Shown: positions 27,001 to 52,215 of the stretch, in pieces
Numbering within the stretch: the first letter of the stretch is position 1
Layout of the letters: the number at the start of each line of letters is the position of its first letter
Origin: Salpingoeca rosetta
Lineage: Eukaryota; Protista; Choanoflagellata
DNA length: 64,000 nucleotides
Direction: 5' to 3'
NCBI GenBank assembly: GCA_033442325.1
Contig: JAWQFM010000001.1
Location: forward strand, 2,584,047-2,648,046
The notes under the pieces: generated by a model
Database searches by the model: none
Seen by the model: the letters and a program-made list of their open reading frames with translations, nothing else
What the model was told of the DNA's origin: nothing
Translations under genes and position numbers: made by a program

Positions 27001-28366
27001 ATGTTCCGGATCAGCCCTGCGTGGCATTTATGTGCGTGCGTGGGTGCGTGTGTGTATGTGTGTGAATACATGTGTGTATACGTGTGTGCATGTGTGTGTG
27101 TGTGTGAAAAACAACGCAAAGCAGGCATATCAGTCATACGCACCACAAAACGAGCCGCACACGACACAGTCATTTGAACTGCACGCCCGACAACTCCGCC
27201 CCCTCCCCAAACAAATTGCCGCACCACATGCGCGCTGGCGGATTTCTGTGGAGTGGTGCTCGAGTCCGCTCAGGATTGCGTCCATGCCGTGTTCAATGAA
27301 GTGATCCTTGCACGCGTGCACGGCGATGGTGAGGTTGCGGGCAGTGTCGTACGCGTCCATCACAAGCGGCAGGTGGTCGCACGTCGACATGATCTCAATC
27401 AGCATGTCCGCAGCGCCTGCAGTTTGGTTGGTGGATGAGTTGTGGTGGTGGTGGTGGTGGTGGTGGTGGTGGTGGTGGTGGTGGTGTTCGGTGGTGGGGA
27501 GATGGTCGAGATAGCAGAAGGGCAGGCGTAAGCGTGTGAGCGTGTGAGCGTGTGAGCGTGCGAGCGTGTGATGCTGCGATTGTGGGGTTGAGATTGTGAT
27601 AGTGGAGAGGGTGGATGTGAGTGACAGGATGAAACATGGCAGCATTGAGGACTCACCACCCTCGAAGAGGTACGGTGCCGGCTCTGCATGGCAGCATGTG
27701 GACGAAGCGATGTCAGTGTGAGGGGTCACACGTGCAGTGCGTTCGAGCCACAGGTACGCTTCGGCAAGACTTGTCACACTTACACACATGCGATTAAGTG
27801 CGTGCATTCTCGACACACAAATCCACACACGTGTTCATATGCAGTCACACGCAATCACATGAACGCACCTCCCATTGACATGCTTGTGAACGCTCTCATG
27901 AGAATTGCCTGCGCTTGTCTATCTGTGGAGTGCAGAAGGTAATCGAAGACCTGATAACGTGTGCATGTGTATGCGTGTGTGTGTGTGTTGTGCGTCAGTG
28001 TATGTGCGTGCGTGCGTGAGTGCATGGGCTCGAGGGGCGCAGTGCTGAAAGGTGCATAGAAGATTGATCGTGGTGGTGGTCGCGTGCTCGTGGTGATGGC
28101 ACGAGAGCCACTGGCAACGCACCCCAGCAAGGTGCGGCGATCGAAGGACAGAGGAGTACCACTGGCAGCGCATCAGCTCGCCAATCACGCGGGCATACGT
28201 CCGCTGTCACAACACCATGTGTACATGCACTCATGTGAGAAGGAAGGTGTTCTGGCACACACACAGCAAGCACAACGGATACAAGGAGGCGACGTTGCAG
28301 CTGCGAACAGGGCACATCCACACACATGCGCATGCACACCAATAGATACACACAAACACACACACA

Positions 28367-28398
<32 letters not shown>

Positions 28399-28594
28399 CA
28401 ACAAGGTCATACTCGCAAGTGCACAGACCTGCTCGTCATCCTCCCTGCGCAAGAGCTTCACCGCCACTTCCAGCACTGGACAATGAAGCAAGAGAGGTCA
28501 CGACAGCCGTGATGAGTGATTGGTGTTGCTACACATCACCACCGAGACGAATGCACACACACACACACACATACGCACACGTAAACACACAAAC

Positions 28595-28654
<60 letters not shown>

Positions 28655-29096
28655 CACACGTACATACGCACGCACGCACACACACACACACACTCTCTCT
28701 CTCCTTCATAAACAAGCAAGACCTTTGTCATTGTAGGGAGCCAGTGCGTGGCTCTTCATGGCTTCGAGTGTGCGGGAGAAAAGCAGGTGTGTCTCAGGGG
28801 TCCTGTGAAAGAAAGGTCAAGCAAGGGATGCTGTTGAGTGGCATACGAATGTAATGCAGTGGCGTTTGTGTTTGCTATGGGCAGGGCAAGGATGATCTTT
28901 CTCGTTGCGTGAGGACGTGTTCGTACCAGCCTTCACCGATGTCCACGGTGGCCACGATGTCATCCAGTTCCTGCCCACAGCAATACACACGATCAGCAGC
29001 GCAGGTCAAATGGTGGGCGCAAGAAAAGACAGTCAAGTGGCGCTCAGTGAATGTGTGTGTGCGTGTGCGTGTGTGTGCGTGTGCGTGTGTGTGTGT

Positions 29097-29188
<92 letters not shown>

Positions 29189-29317
29189 CCTTCAAGGTTT
29201 CTGCTGCTACAAAATTGTGTGCGCATCATAGACTAAGTGCGCACCGGCTGGTGCGCTTGTGCCTTTTTCTTTCGTCTCTCGCGTGCCAAGACGACAACAC
29301 CGCCAAGATGGTGCGTC

Positions 29318-29353
<36 letters not shown>

Positions 29354-29453
29354 NNNNNNNNNNNNNNNNNNNNNNNNNNNNNNNNNNNNNNNNNNNNNNN
29401 NNNNNNNNNNNNNNNNNNNNNNNNNNNNNNNNNNNNNNNNNNNNNNNNNNNNN

Positions 29454-29512
<59 letters not shown>

Positions 29513-30382
29513 CTCACACACAGGCTCACACACACACATACAGGCTCACACAGAAACAATGTACACCACACAACGCAGCTACAGGCAACAACGTCGTACG
29601 TTGTTAATGGCTGTTACGTAGTCCCTGTTGATGCGTGCCAGGTGGAGCAATGCCCGGACAGCATTTCCCTGTTGGATCGCGCGCAATGAATGGTGTCAGT
29701 GGGGTGATGAGTGAGTACAACGAGGGGAGCGCGCACCCACCCACAATCGCGTGTGTGCATGTATGAGTGTGTCGCGTACGTGTGCTTTCTGTCCCTCTTT
29801 GGCTCTCTGTGCCGTGCGTGCAACAGCGTCGATCGCGACAAAAGGAAACGTCAGCCCACAAACACGCGCACACACGCACGCAAGTAACCTGAACAACATG
29901 TTGATAGCACACCTGTTGCTCTTCGTCTGCCAGGTAATGCACGATCTTGGGGATCACGCCTACGATCGCCGCAAGGGCGAGCCCATGAGTGAGTGAGTGT
30001 GTGTGTGTGTGTGTGTGAGTGAGTGTGTGAGTGAGTGTGTGAGTGAGTGTGTGTGTGTGTGTGAGTGAGTGAGTGAGTGTGTGTGTGAGTGTGTGAGTGT
30101 GTGAGTGTGTGTGTGAGTGAGTGAGTGTGTGTGTGTGTGAGTGTGTGTGTGTGTGTGAGTGAGTGAGTGTGTGGAACAAGGGATGTATCGATCCAGTGTG
30201 AGGTGAGAAGTGGTGAGGAACGCAGGTGTCTAAACCACACACACACACAACACACACACACACAACGCACCGAGCGCCAATGCTTCTCTTGTGTTGTCGT
30301 GGCGGACACGCTGTGGAAGCGCATGCCAGGCATCATCGCTCGGCAGCTCATTCAACACATCCTCCACACGCGCAAGCTCCAT
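23233..30382 (-). CDS. ARM-repeat + TIR (TIR_2-like) domain protein with C-terminal coiled coil
   Basis: About 18 exons. ARM-like helices ([75 protein letters not shown]). In-frame TIR: [31 protein letters not shown]...[59 protein letters not shown]. Ends [27 protein letters not shown] 100-N gap lies inside an intron. Confidence 0.8.
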
Positions 30383-30626
30383 CCCGTGTTGTGGCTATCG
30401 TGGTTGTCAGCGCACACTCAAGTCCTTCCTCCCCTTCTTCGCTTCTTGCTTCTTGCTTGTTGTTGCTGCGTAGGTGAGCGGAAAAAAAAAAAGCAGCAGT
30501 GTGTGACGACAAAGAGGAGGACAGGAACAGTGACACACCTCCACCTCGCAGATCACAACCTTGACTAGGATACAGTTTGCCTCTTCCCATGAGCACGCTT
30601 ACCGCGTCACTCGTCCGCTGTGTGGG

Positions 30627-31408
30627 ATGTTGCTGCGTGTGCTGCGGCCTGTGACGTACCTTGGGTCGTCCCTGTTTGCCCTCGCCATCCTGGTCAAGAA
30701 CGACCAAGCGCGCAAAGCGTCCAAACCATTCCAGTACGCGTGCGTGTGTGTGCGTGTATGTGTGTGTGTGCATGTGTGTGTGTGTGTGTGTGTGCATGTG
30801 TGTGTATACATGTGTGTGTGTGCATGTGTGTGTATACGTGTGTGTGTGTGTGTGTATACGTGTGTGTGTGTGTGTGTTTGCCAAAGTGTCAGACATGCAA
30901 CAATTGCTGTGCACTCATAATGCTCCTTCATGGCGCTCGCGCACTCTCTTGCCTACCCCCTCCCCCAATCTTTGCCTTGGCAGACTGTCGCAGGTGGTCG
31001 TACCCCCGAAAGATGTGGCGCATGTGCGGGAAGCAGCAGCCCGGCTGGTTGGTCGTTGATTCCACCAGTGTCTGACATATTTAGTAGGCCACAGCCTTGC
31101 TGCGTGCTGACCGCTTGCAGCCTCTCACACACCCCACACTCTCTGTGCATGTGCACTTCACAGGGCATTCCACACACCCAGAACATCTTTGTCGTCTGCA
31201 GCCGCTCCCTCTCTGGTATGCGATGTGATGTGCGTGTGTATGCCTGCCTGCCTTCTTCATTTCCAGCTCACTGTCTCAGGGACACTTGCGCCACGCTTGC
31301 ACTGCATCTGGCCCGAACGTAGAGCAAGCATACTCTCTCACCCACACCCACCCACCCACACCCACACCGACACACCCACCCCGACACGCACACACACACC
31401 CACACACA

Positions 31409-31479
<71 letters not shown>

Positions 31480-31714
31480 CACAACAACAACACAACACAA
31501 CACAACACAACACACATAGGAGATGGCTGCGGACGTGGGGGCGGCGCGTGTGGGCCGGGATGTGTGCGAGGGCGGGCTTGAGTCGCTGCAGGCGCATGAG
31601 GACGCTGTAATTGCGGTGACAGGGAACCCGCCGCTGTGGCCGTCGCCGACACACCCGCCGCTCAGGTGGCGACAGGCTGCGCTGCGCCGCATATTGAAGG
31701 AGTACGACGCATAA
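30627..31714 (+). CDS. Small TMEM177/peptidase-M48-like membrane protein; middle exon structure uncertain
   Basis: [68 protein letters not shown] join in frame. Last exon [23 protein letters not shown]...[17 protein letters not shown] has the E..AD..A and THP...R...L pattern of M48-like C-termini. Confidence 0.5.
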
Positions 31715-31767
31715 CGTTGCTCTGTGTGTGCGTGTGTGTCTGTCTGTGTGTGTGTGTGTGTGTCTGT

Positions 31768-31799
<32 letters not shown>

Positions 31800-32473
31800 C
31801 TGTGCGTTCAAATATGTGCTCGTCTCTTCGCTCCTCCCTCCTCCTCTCCCTTGTCCCTCCTCCACTGCATTGATTGACCTGGCGTTCGTGTATTATGCCA
31901 GCTCTTGTTACCCACCCGCCTATGCTGTCTCGACTGAGTCGCCGTCGTGTGGTGCATCCCCTCCTGCCCCTTCATCGACTTGCATTTCAGTTTTTATTCT
32001 TTCAAACCCGAGTGTTCAAGCGAGAAAATCTGAAGACAAACACCACAATCACGCTAACAACCAGGCAAGCGCACGGTCCTGTGGCGGCGGCGGTGGCAAA
32101 CACACGCACACGCACACTTGCACAGGGAACACATGCACAGCGAATACATGCACACGCACACGCACACAGAGGCAGCGAACAAACATCTGAACTTAGGAGA
32201 ACAAAAGAGCGACGACCAAGCAGGGGCTCGTTGTGTGGAGCAAGACGGAGTGCAGGGGAGCACTGCCAGCGATGTACGTGTGCCAACACTCACGCCCATC
32301 ACCGCACGCGCACACATGTGCATAATGCAGCCATACCACGCATTCCCGCACCGCATATCACAACGCACACAAGCAAAGGCCGAGCCCAGACAGCACGCAT
32401 TACCACCACAACCGAAAACAGTCGCACGAACGAACAAAATGAGAAGCAAACTCGCAGCACCTGTCTCGCCTAA

Positions 32474-32777
32474 CTAGACGACAGCCACCTGTGCCTTTGG
32501 CTTGGATGGCCCTTCCTCAGCCACAGGCTGTGTGTCCTTGGGGAAGACCGGGTTGCCTGCGCCCTTGGCCACCTCTGCGTACTCCACATCCTCCGTCTCC
32601 ATGTACTTGATCATTGTCCGCAGCTGGTCCCCTGCGCGCGAGATGGTCGCGTTGACAAGCTTTGGCGGAATCATGCCCCGTGGGTCCGTGTGCTGAATCT
32701 GCACCCACGTACGTGTGTGTCGGAGGAGGGGGGGGGGGGGATTGAGTGACCCGTCCAATACACGCACACGCACACAC

Positions 32778-32826
<49 letters not shown>

Positions 32827-35440
32827 CAGAGAGAGAGAGAGAGACAGAGAGAGAGAGGATCCACATACACACACACGCACGCACACACACACACACTCTC
32901 TCTCTCACTCTCACATTCACACAATAATATACAATGACACACAACAACCGCTGTTGTACACTTCATGCAACGTGCAGCAGCGAAGAGCGTACGGAGGTGA
33001 CGGTGGTGATGTGGGATCCATCCTCGGCCTTGCGGTAGGTGAAACGCGTGTAGCCAATGTTCACGCGCGCACGCACCGTCTTCTTCACCTGGAGCGGTGA
33101 CACATGCGCGTGTTGCAGTGGGTGAGGTGGAGCAAGGGTTGTTGAGACACAGGCTGCTGATATGACATGACATGCCATGACATGACATGATAGGATTGTA
33201 GTGGAGGAGGCGGTAGTCGTCATCGTGCTATGGTGGTACTGGCGGTGGTGGTGCAAGTGTTCAGACTTTGGTTGCGAGCGGGTGGAGAACGGAAGTGGTG
33301 AGGAGGACGCGCTCCTCTGTGTTGGACGGGTCCTCAACAGATCCTTCGCAGATGGTCCTGCACACACCACACAAACACGGCAATATCAACACGACCAAGC
33401 AGGCAAGCAGGCGGCGGCGGCGGCGGTGATGGTGGAAGGGGGGATTGAGTTGGGGAATTGAGTGTGTGGGTTGGGCGGAGTTGCTGCACCAAGCACACAA
33501 CAGGTTACGCCTGTTGCACAGAGAGACAGGAAGAGAGGGTGGATTCCAACATCGACACAGACACGGACACACAGACACGCAGACACGCAGACAGACGCAC
33601 ACACACACAGCCAGCCAGCCAGACACAGACACACAGACACACACACAGCCAGCCAGACAGACACAGACACAGAGCCCGCGACTGACGTGAAAGCGACGAC
33701 GTCGCGGTTGTCCATGACAGGGACGTTGTAGAGGACGTAGAGATACTCCGAGTTGTCGTCAATTGTCTCGAGCGTGTTGCACTTGAGCATGTCCGGCTGC
33801 GTCTTCTTCCACGCATCTGCACCATGATATATATGGGCACGCAAGCAGCGTTAGCAGCATGAGCGCATGGGCGAGCAAAAAAAAAAAAACAAAACAACGC
33901 CAGCAAAGCTTGAGTAACGCTTCAGCATGAACTATCCAACAAACCTACACACACACACACGCATAAATACACATACGCATAAATACACACACGCACATAA
34001 GCACACACACACGAGAAGTGAACGCACCTTTGTCGTTGAAGACGTGAACAACCTGAACAAACCAGAGCAAAACAGATGAAAAGAAGTACCCACATGTGAA
34101 GACCAGCACAACAACTCAACCACAACGGCGGCCACAAGCGCACCATCCAATCGACGGTTGGCATTCACACATCAGCAGCTCGCTGCACCGGCGCAACGCA
34201 AGGCAGTCCAAAGTACAATGAGCATGGTGGTTACAGCACCTTCGCGAGCGGGGCGCGGACGTCGTAGCTGGCGCGAACACACACGAGGTTGCTGTTGGCA
34301 AGCTTCTTCACGTCAATCGTCACGCCGTTCTTATCCACTTTGCGGATCCACGTGTCCTCAGGCTCCCTGGTTGCCATGATGGTGGTGGGAGGGAAGGGTA
34401 GCGTCGGTAATGGGAGTACAGAGGACAACGGCAGGCGGTGAGATGCATGGATGACAACACGCTTGCAAGAAGTGGAAGCTTTGTGTTGGCGTGCACCAGC
34501 AGCACACGATGGAAGACACACAAACATACACACACGCGCACGCACATACACACACACACATGCACACGCATATCTACGCAGACAGCGTCAACGCACTGCA
34601 GGAGAGGCTTGAGCTTCTCCAAGAGCTCCTGCTTGACGGCGACGGGATCTGTCATCGCACGCAACAGCAGGTGCGATGAGCGGACACAAGGAAGCAAACA
34701 AACAAACCGAAACAATCGTATGAGGGACCGCGAGAACGACGGCGGACACGGCAAGTGCCGTGAGTGCTATCCACAAACATCACGGGCTACAGGGGATCAA
34801 GAGAGTGTCATGGTGTCCTTCTGCCTTACCTGGTTTTGGGGGATGCTCATCCGGGTTCTCGTCGATGCGCAGCTGTTGAGTGGTTTGGTTGGGGGGGTGT
34901 TGCACGTTATGAGTTTGTGCATTTGGAAACGAACGCAGGCACATGGCAAGGACCACGCAGCTCAGACCATCAAAACAACATCTCAAACACAAGAACGCAC
35001 GTGTACAAACGTGAACGCATACGTGCGGACACGCGGCTAACAAGCATAAACGCACGCGCGCGCACACAAACACAAACACACACACATACACGCACACAAA
35101 CAAACAAACACACAAACAAACACACACAAACACACACACACATACACGCACACATACACGCACACAAACAAACAAACACACACACACAAACACACCAACA
35201 GCACACCTGTTGGAGTGTGAGGTGACAGGTGTCGCATGTCCGCTGGGGACCTTCAAGGCCATATTGCGCAGGCAGCACATCCTTGTGGTGGCTGCACGTT
35301 TGGCAGAAGGTACGACCACAAGCGCGGCAGTGGTGCTTGCGACGCGTCATTGTGAACGACTTGCAGCAGGCATTGCACTCCTTGGCATGCTCCTCCCACA
35401 CTGGTGGGTCGGTCTCTCCGCTCGTGTTCAGGTCAGACAT
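32474..35440 (-). CDS. FYVE zinc finger + START lipid-transfer domain fusion protein
   Basis: FYVE: WEEHAKECNACCKSFTMTRRKHHCRACGRTFCQTCS...RTCDTC. Three consecutive junctions verified in frame into START: WIRKVDKNGVTIDVKK...LETIDDNSEYLYVLYNVPVMDNRDVV...SVLHP...VRARVNIG...HTDPRGMIPPKLVN. Confidence 0.88.
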
Positions 35441-35991
35441 GGCTGTGGCTCTGTTTCCGGTGCTCTTGGTGTCCTGCAGACTGCGCATGTGTGAACAAAG
35501 GAGGAGGCGACAACAAAACACAAATTTGCAGACGTGACACATGACACACAAGGAACACGTGAGAGCGGTGAAGGTGAGTGCCAAAAAGGTGCGTGTGGGT
35601 GTGCATGTGTACGCGACGAGAGCAAACAAGGCGAAGAGACCCTCGCCACTCCAACACATACACACGCGCACACATACAGTATGTATGCGCACACGACGAC
35701 GATGATGAATCACATCCACATCACAGCATCACATCACAACAGCATCTCCTCATCTCATCACACGTCACGCCACCACCCACCAGCCAAACACAAACACACC
35801 ACCAACACCACCTTGTTCTTCTCCAAACAGCAGCTCGGATGTGGAATAATTGCGGTATCATTCCGCAACTATCGCACCACACAAACGCGCCGCCCACCAC
35901 CACTGACAACGAACACCCCAGCCAGCAAACATCCAAATCCGTTTTGGTTGCACGCCTGGCTGCGATCTCTCAAGAAGTGACATTGCATGCG

Positions 35992-43871
<7,880 letters not shown>

Positions 43872-44459
43872 GTGACGCGAAGTGTGTGTGTGTGTGTGTG
43901 TGTCTGTGTGTGTGTCTGTGTGTGTGTGTGTGTGTGTCTGTGTGTGTCGATGTGTGTCTGTGTCTGTGTGTGTCTGTGTCTGTGTGTGTCTGTGTGTCTG
44001 TGTGTGTGATAGCCTCTGTGTGTGTGTGATAGCCTCTGTGTGTGTGTGTCTGTGTCTATGTGTGTGTTCGCCTCTGTGTGTGCGTATTGTAGCCTGTGTT
44101 GACTTGGCACATGTTAACACCTGATCAAGGCGTGGCTTTGAATGCAATGTGTTGAGCTGTTGCCATACTGCGAGCGGGCTTTATGCTACAGCATCGAAGT
44201 GCGCTCCCACCTTTTCACCTGTTACAACCTGTTCCACCACTTCCGAAATGATGTGCACCGTACATTGAGTTTTAATACTTGTGTTTCAGAGGAAGCCATG
44301 GGGAGGTGGGCAGAGAGGGAGGCAAGCAAAGCACAGTGGGAGGAGGTTGGGAAACACTTTGGGAAACAGAGAGACACGTCTTTGATTATGTGAGGTCAAT
44401 AGAATCATCGTTGCACACAGAGGTGTGTGAAGCATTGAGGATGGGAAGGTCAAGGTGGC

Positions 44460-45177
44460 TCAGAAGCGGCAACCGGAGGTGGGGATGATGTACCCGTCAT
44501 GGTAAGGTGGAGACCATTGCACGAGGACAAGCGAGGGGCCGTGCAGCTGCCCGTCAAAGGCATGCGGTTTGCCCTTTGGGATGAAGAAGCTGTCGCCTGG
44601 GTTCTGGGGCACCGGTTTGCCGTAGTCGACGTAGAACTGGCCGCCGCCGTGCAGCACGCGCTGCAGCGTGTCTCCAGGGTGATAATGGCAGAACTCTGTG
44701 CGGTTTGTGGCGAACATGTGGAAGGAGAAGTGCTCTGTCACCAACAGTGTGCGGTTTGCCGCGTGCACGGTTGGAGAAAGCTCTGCCAACAGCTTTTCGC
44801 CAATTGCACCTGCAGGTGTGCGTGTGTGTGTGTGTGGTGGGGGGGGGGGGGGTGAGTGGGCGAGTGAGTGTGCGTGTGTGCAAGTGCGTGTGTTTGTGTG
44901 AATGTGTGTGTTTGTGAGTGTGTGTGTGTGAAGGACGTGTTGGCTTGTGCAGGTCACAGCCAGCTGCCGTGGGTTGTTGACCATTCGGGTTCTTTGTGCA
45001 TGTGGGTGACTGCTGGTGTTGGTGTTGTGACATTGTCACATCCACGCTGTTCATGTTGCAGCACCACAGCAAAAACCATCACACACACACACACACACAG
45101 CGCACCTAGGTCAAGGGCGGGGTGGTCTCCAAACTGCCGCAGTGTGCCAAGGTTGAGGGCACTCGTGCCAGTCGTCG
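44460..45177 (-). CDS. Cupin (Cupin_2-like) domain protein; 5' end probably in or near the N-gap
   Basis: CHYHPGDTLQRVLHGGG (HxH motif 1) and PGDSFFIPKGKPHAF (motif 2). Two exons join in frame (LDL-GAIGEK). Confidence 0.8.
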
Positions 45178-45486
45178 CTGCCAACAAACCAGCGTCACAT
45201 CACACCACCAGCGTTCATGATTGCGACCACGAACAGTTCAAAAATCACACCCGACACCACAAAGTGAGCTCTATTTGGATTCGCCAACACAACAGACAGA
45301 CAACACCACCCACACCACCGTGCGCTCTCCCTCTCCCTCTCCCCTCTCCCCCCCCCCAAGACACAAACACACACACACACTCGCAAAACAATAGGACAGT
45401 CTTCCCGCTGTGCGTGAATGCGTGCGTGTATGCATGTGTATGTGTGTGTGTGTGTGTGATTGGTAGGCTGTGCGCATTTGGCCGCA

Positions 45487-45947
45487 NNNNNNNNNNNNNN
45501 NNNNNNNNNNNNNNNNNNNNNNNNNNNNNNNNNNNNNNNNNNNNNNNNNNNNNNNNNNNNNNNNNNNNNNNNNNNNNNNNNNNNNNNNNNNNNNNNNNNN
45601 NNNNNNNNNNNNNNNNNNNNNNNNNNNNNNNNNNNNNNNNNNNNNNNNNNNNNNNNNNNNNNNNNNNNNNNNNNNNNNNNNNNNNNNNNNNNNNNNNNNN
45701 NNNNNNNNNNNNNNNNNNNNNNNNNNNNNNNNNNNNNNNNNNNNNNNNNNNNNNNNNNNNNNNNNNNNNNNNNNNNNNNNNNNNNNNNNNNNNNNNNNNN
45801 NNNNNNNNNNNNNNNNNNNNNNNNNNNNNNNNNNNNNNNNNNNNNNNNNNNNNNNNNNNNNNNNNNNNNNNNNNNNNNNNNNNNNNNNNNNNNNNNNNNN
45901 NNNNNNNNNNNNNNNNNNNNNNNNNNNNNNNNNNNNNNNNNNNNNNN
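45487..45947. other. Assembly gap (N run), probably hiding the cupin and VSP 5' ends
   Basis: N run. Other gaps at 10189-10288, 14631-14730, 29354-29453, 49450-49589. Confidence 0.99.
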
Positions 45948-46078
45948 AATTAATATAAAAATCACGGGTGTGTGAGATCTACTCGAGTCATGAATTTTCG
46001 TTTGTATGTGTTGCACTCTTCCGTCACACTCACCCCCAGTGGTAAAAAAAGAAAAGGGCTTCCTGCATCTACACACAG

Positions 46079-50046
<3,968 letters not shown>

Positions 50047-50672
50047 CGCACACTGTATTTGGTGTGTGTGTGTGTGTGTGTGTGTGTGTCTATGCGTCTG
50101 GTGTGTCTGTCTATGTGTGTCTATGCGTCTGGTGTGTCTGTCTATGTGTGTGTGTGTGTGTGTGTCTGTGCGCACATGCCTGTTCATGTGTGCGAGCCTG
50201 ATTGCCTCCACCTCTGTCCGTCATGTCTTGTCACGCCTTGTCACGCCTTGTCACGCCTTGCCCTGTCTCGGGTTCTCTTTGCCTGGTTGGTTGGTTGGTT
50301 GGTTGGTGTGCGTGTTTGTGTTGGTACCAGGTTATTCGACGCCCCCCCCCCCCCTTTTGCTTACTCTTTCGTTTCACGGTACAAAGCCACTTCGGCCTAA
50401 CTGCCTCCTTGCCCTGTCGTTGATCGGTTGTTTGATTAGCTCTCTTTCGTGCACAGACAGAACCTTGAGCAAGCGGGAAGAGAAGAGGAAGAAGGCAAAG
50501 GAGGGGAGGAGGAGGAGGAGGAGGAGGAGGGAAGCAACTGCAAGCACACACACACACACAGCAAAGAAAGCAACTCCAGCACAACAACAACAACAACAAC
50601 AACAACAACCGCCACCACAACAACAGCGTACCACTTTTACACACACCACAAACAGCAACGAAAACAACGACG

Positions 50673-51074
50673 ATGAGTGGACTGCAGTGGAGCATCAAGA
50701 ACGGCGACCTGGACGCTGTGAAGACAGCCGTGGAGGGAGAGGTGCGTGTGCTGTTTGTCCACTTGTGGCTGTGCCCACGCGCATATGACACATGAGAGCT
50801 TGTGCTGAAGACTTTTCAGGCACGGCGCACTTGCAGCGGGCATACGTGTTGCTTGACTGCGCGGTGGTGGCGACAGTACCTTGCGTGTGTGCTCACCTGT
50901 TGTGCTGGGTGTGCGGCCACACCCACTGCAACCGTTGTTTAGAACGTGGATGTGAACGTTGAGCTGACTGGCGGACGCCTGCCACTGACCGTGGCGGCTG
51001 ACATGGGCCAGACAGATGTGGCAAAGTACCTCATCGAGAAGGGCGCAGACGTCAACGTGAGTTGTGTTGTTGAA

Positions 51075-51110
<36 letters not shown>

Positions 51111-51132
51111 CGTGCGTGCGTGTGTGTGCGTG

Positions 51133-51166
<34 letters not shown>

Positions 51167-51204
51167 CCTATGTGTGTCTGTGTGTCTGTGTGTTCGTGCT
51201 TATG

Positions 51205-51237
<33 letters not shown>

Positions 51238-51490
51238 TTGTGTTCTTTGGCTGTTTGTCTATGTACGCTATGCCCAACCTGTGCTTCCTTGCCTCCTTAC
51301 ACATACACGCACTGTCCACATTGTTGCTTGTGCTCTTTCATGTCACTCATACCCGTGTTCAAATGTGCAACCATCATCACCTGCAGAAGAAGGACGGCCA
51401 CGGTATCTCTGCACTCCTTGCCGCTGTCTGGGAAGGCCACCCAGACGTTGTCAAAGTTCTCCTCGATGCAGTGCGTAGTGTGTGCGTGTG

Positions 51491-51571
<81 letters not shown>

Positions 51572-51808
51572 GCCTTGCTGCGTGCACGCGTGTGCGTGTG
51601 TGTGTGTGTGCGTTCCTTCTCTGTACATCTCACGTGCACTTCCCGCTGCAACCGTCCCCCCTCCCCCGTTTTCCCCTCGTTTACCGCTCTTCTCCCTCCA
51701 TTCCCTCGCTGCGACCAGGGCGCCGACAAGAGCGTGAAGGCACCGGACGGCAGCTCGCTCATCTCCCAGGCCGAGGACGCTGCTGTCAAGAGCCTTCTGC
51801 AGGGCTGA
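50673..51808 (+). CDS. MTPN: Myotrophin/V-1 (ankyrin-repeat capping-protein inhibitor)
   Basis: Four exons, about 118 aa: MSGLQWSIKNGDLDAVK...GGRLPLTVAADMGQTDVAKYLIEKGADVNKKDGHGISALLAAVWEGHPDVVKVLLDAGADKSVKAPDG...SLLQG*. Confidence 0.92.
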
Positions 51809-52110
51809 AACACCCACGCACATACCGCCACCACATCTTTCTGCTTGTTGGCGTGGTGTGACTCCTGTTCTTTGTTTGCTGTGTTGCTGCTGTTCCTGTT
51901 GTTCTTGCCCCCGTTCTTCTTCTCCTCCATCTGACGTTTGTTCCCCTGTTGCGTGTCTCGTCCACCATCGCCTTGTGCCTGACCTGGTATGGTGTGACCA
52001 CAGACTGTGTACGCTGCGTTGTGTGATGAATACACGCGTCTTCATGCAGCCTCGTAATGACGTTCCACGACAACGAGCACAACACAACGCAACACACACA
52101 TACACAACGC

Positions 52111-52215
<105 letters not shown>

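Noticed and set aside
23233-30382. True SARM1 orthologue or Toll-like receptor
   Set aside because: No SAM domains between ARM and TIR, and no LRR or TM segment seen.
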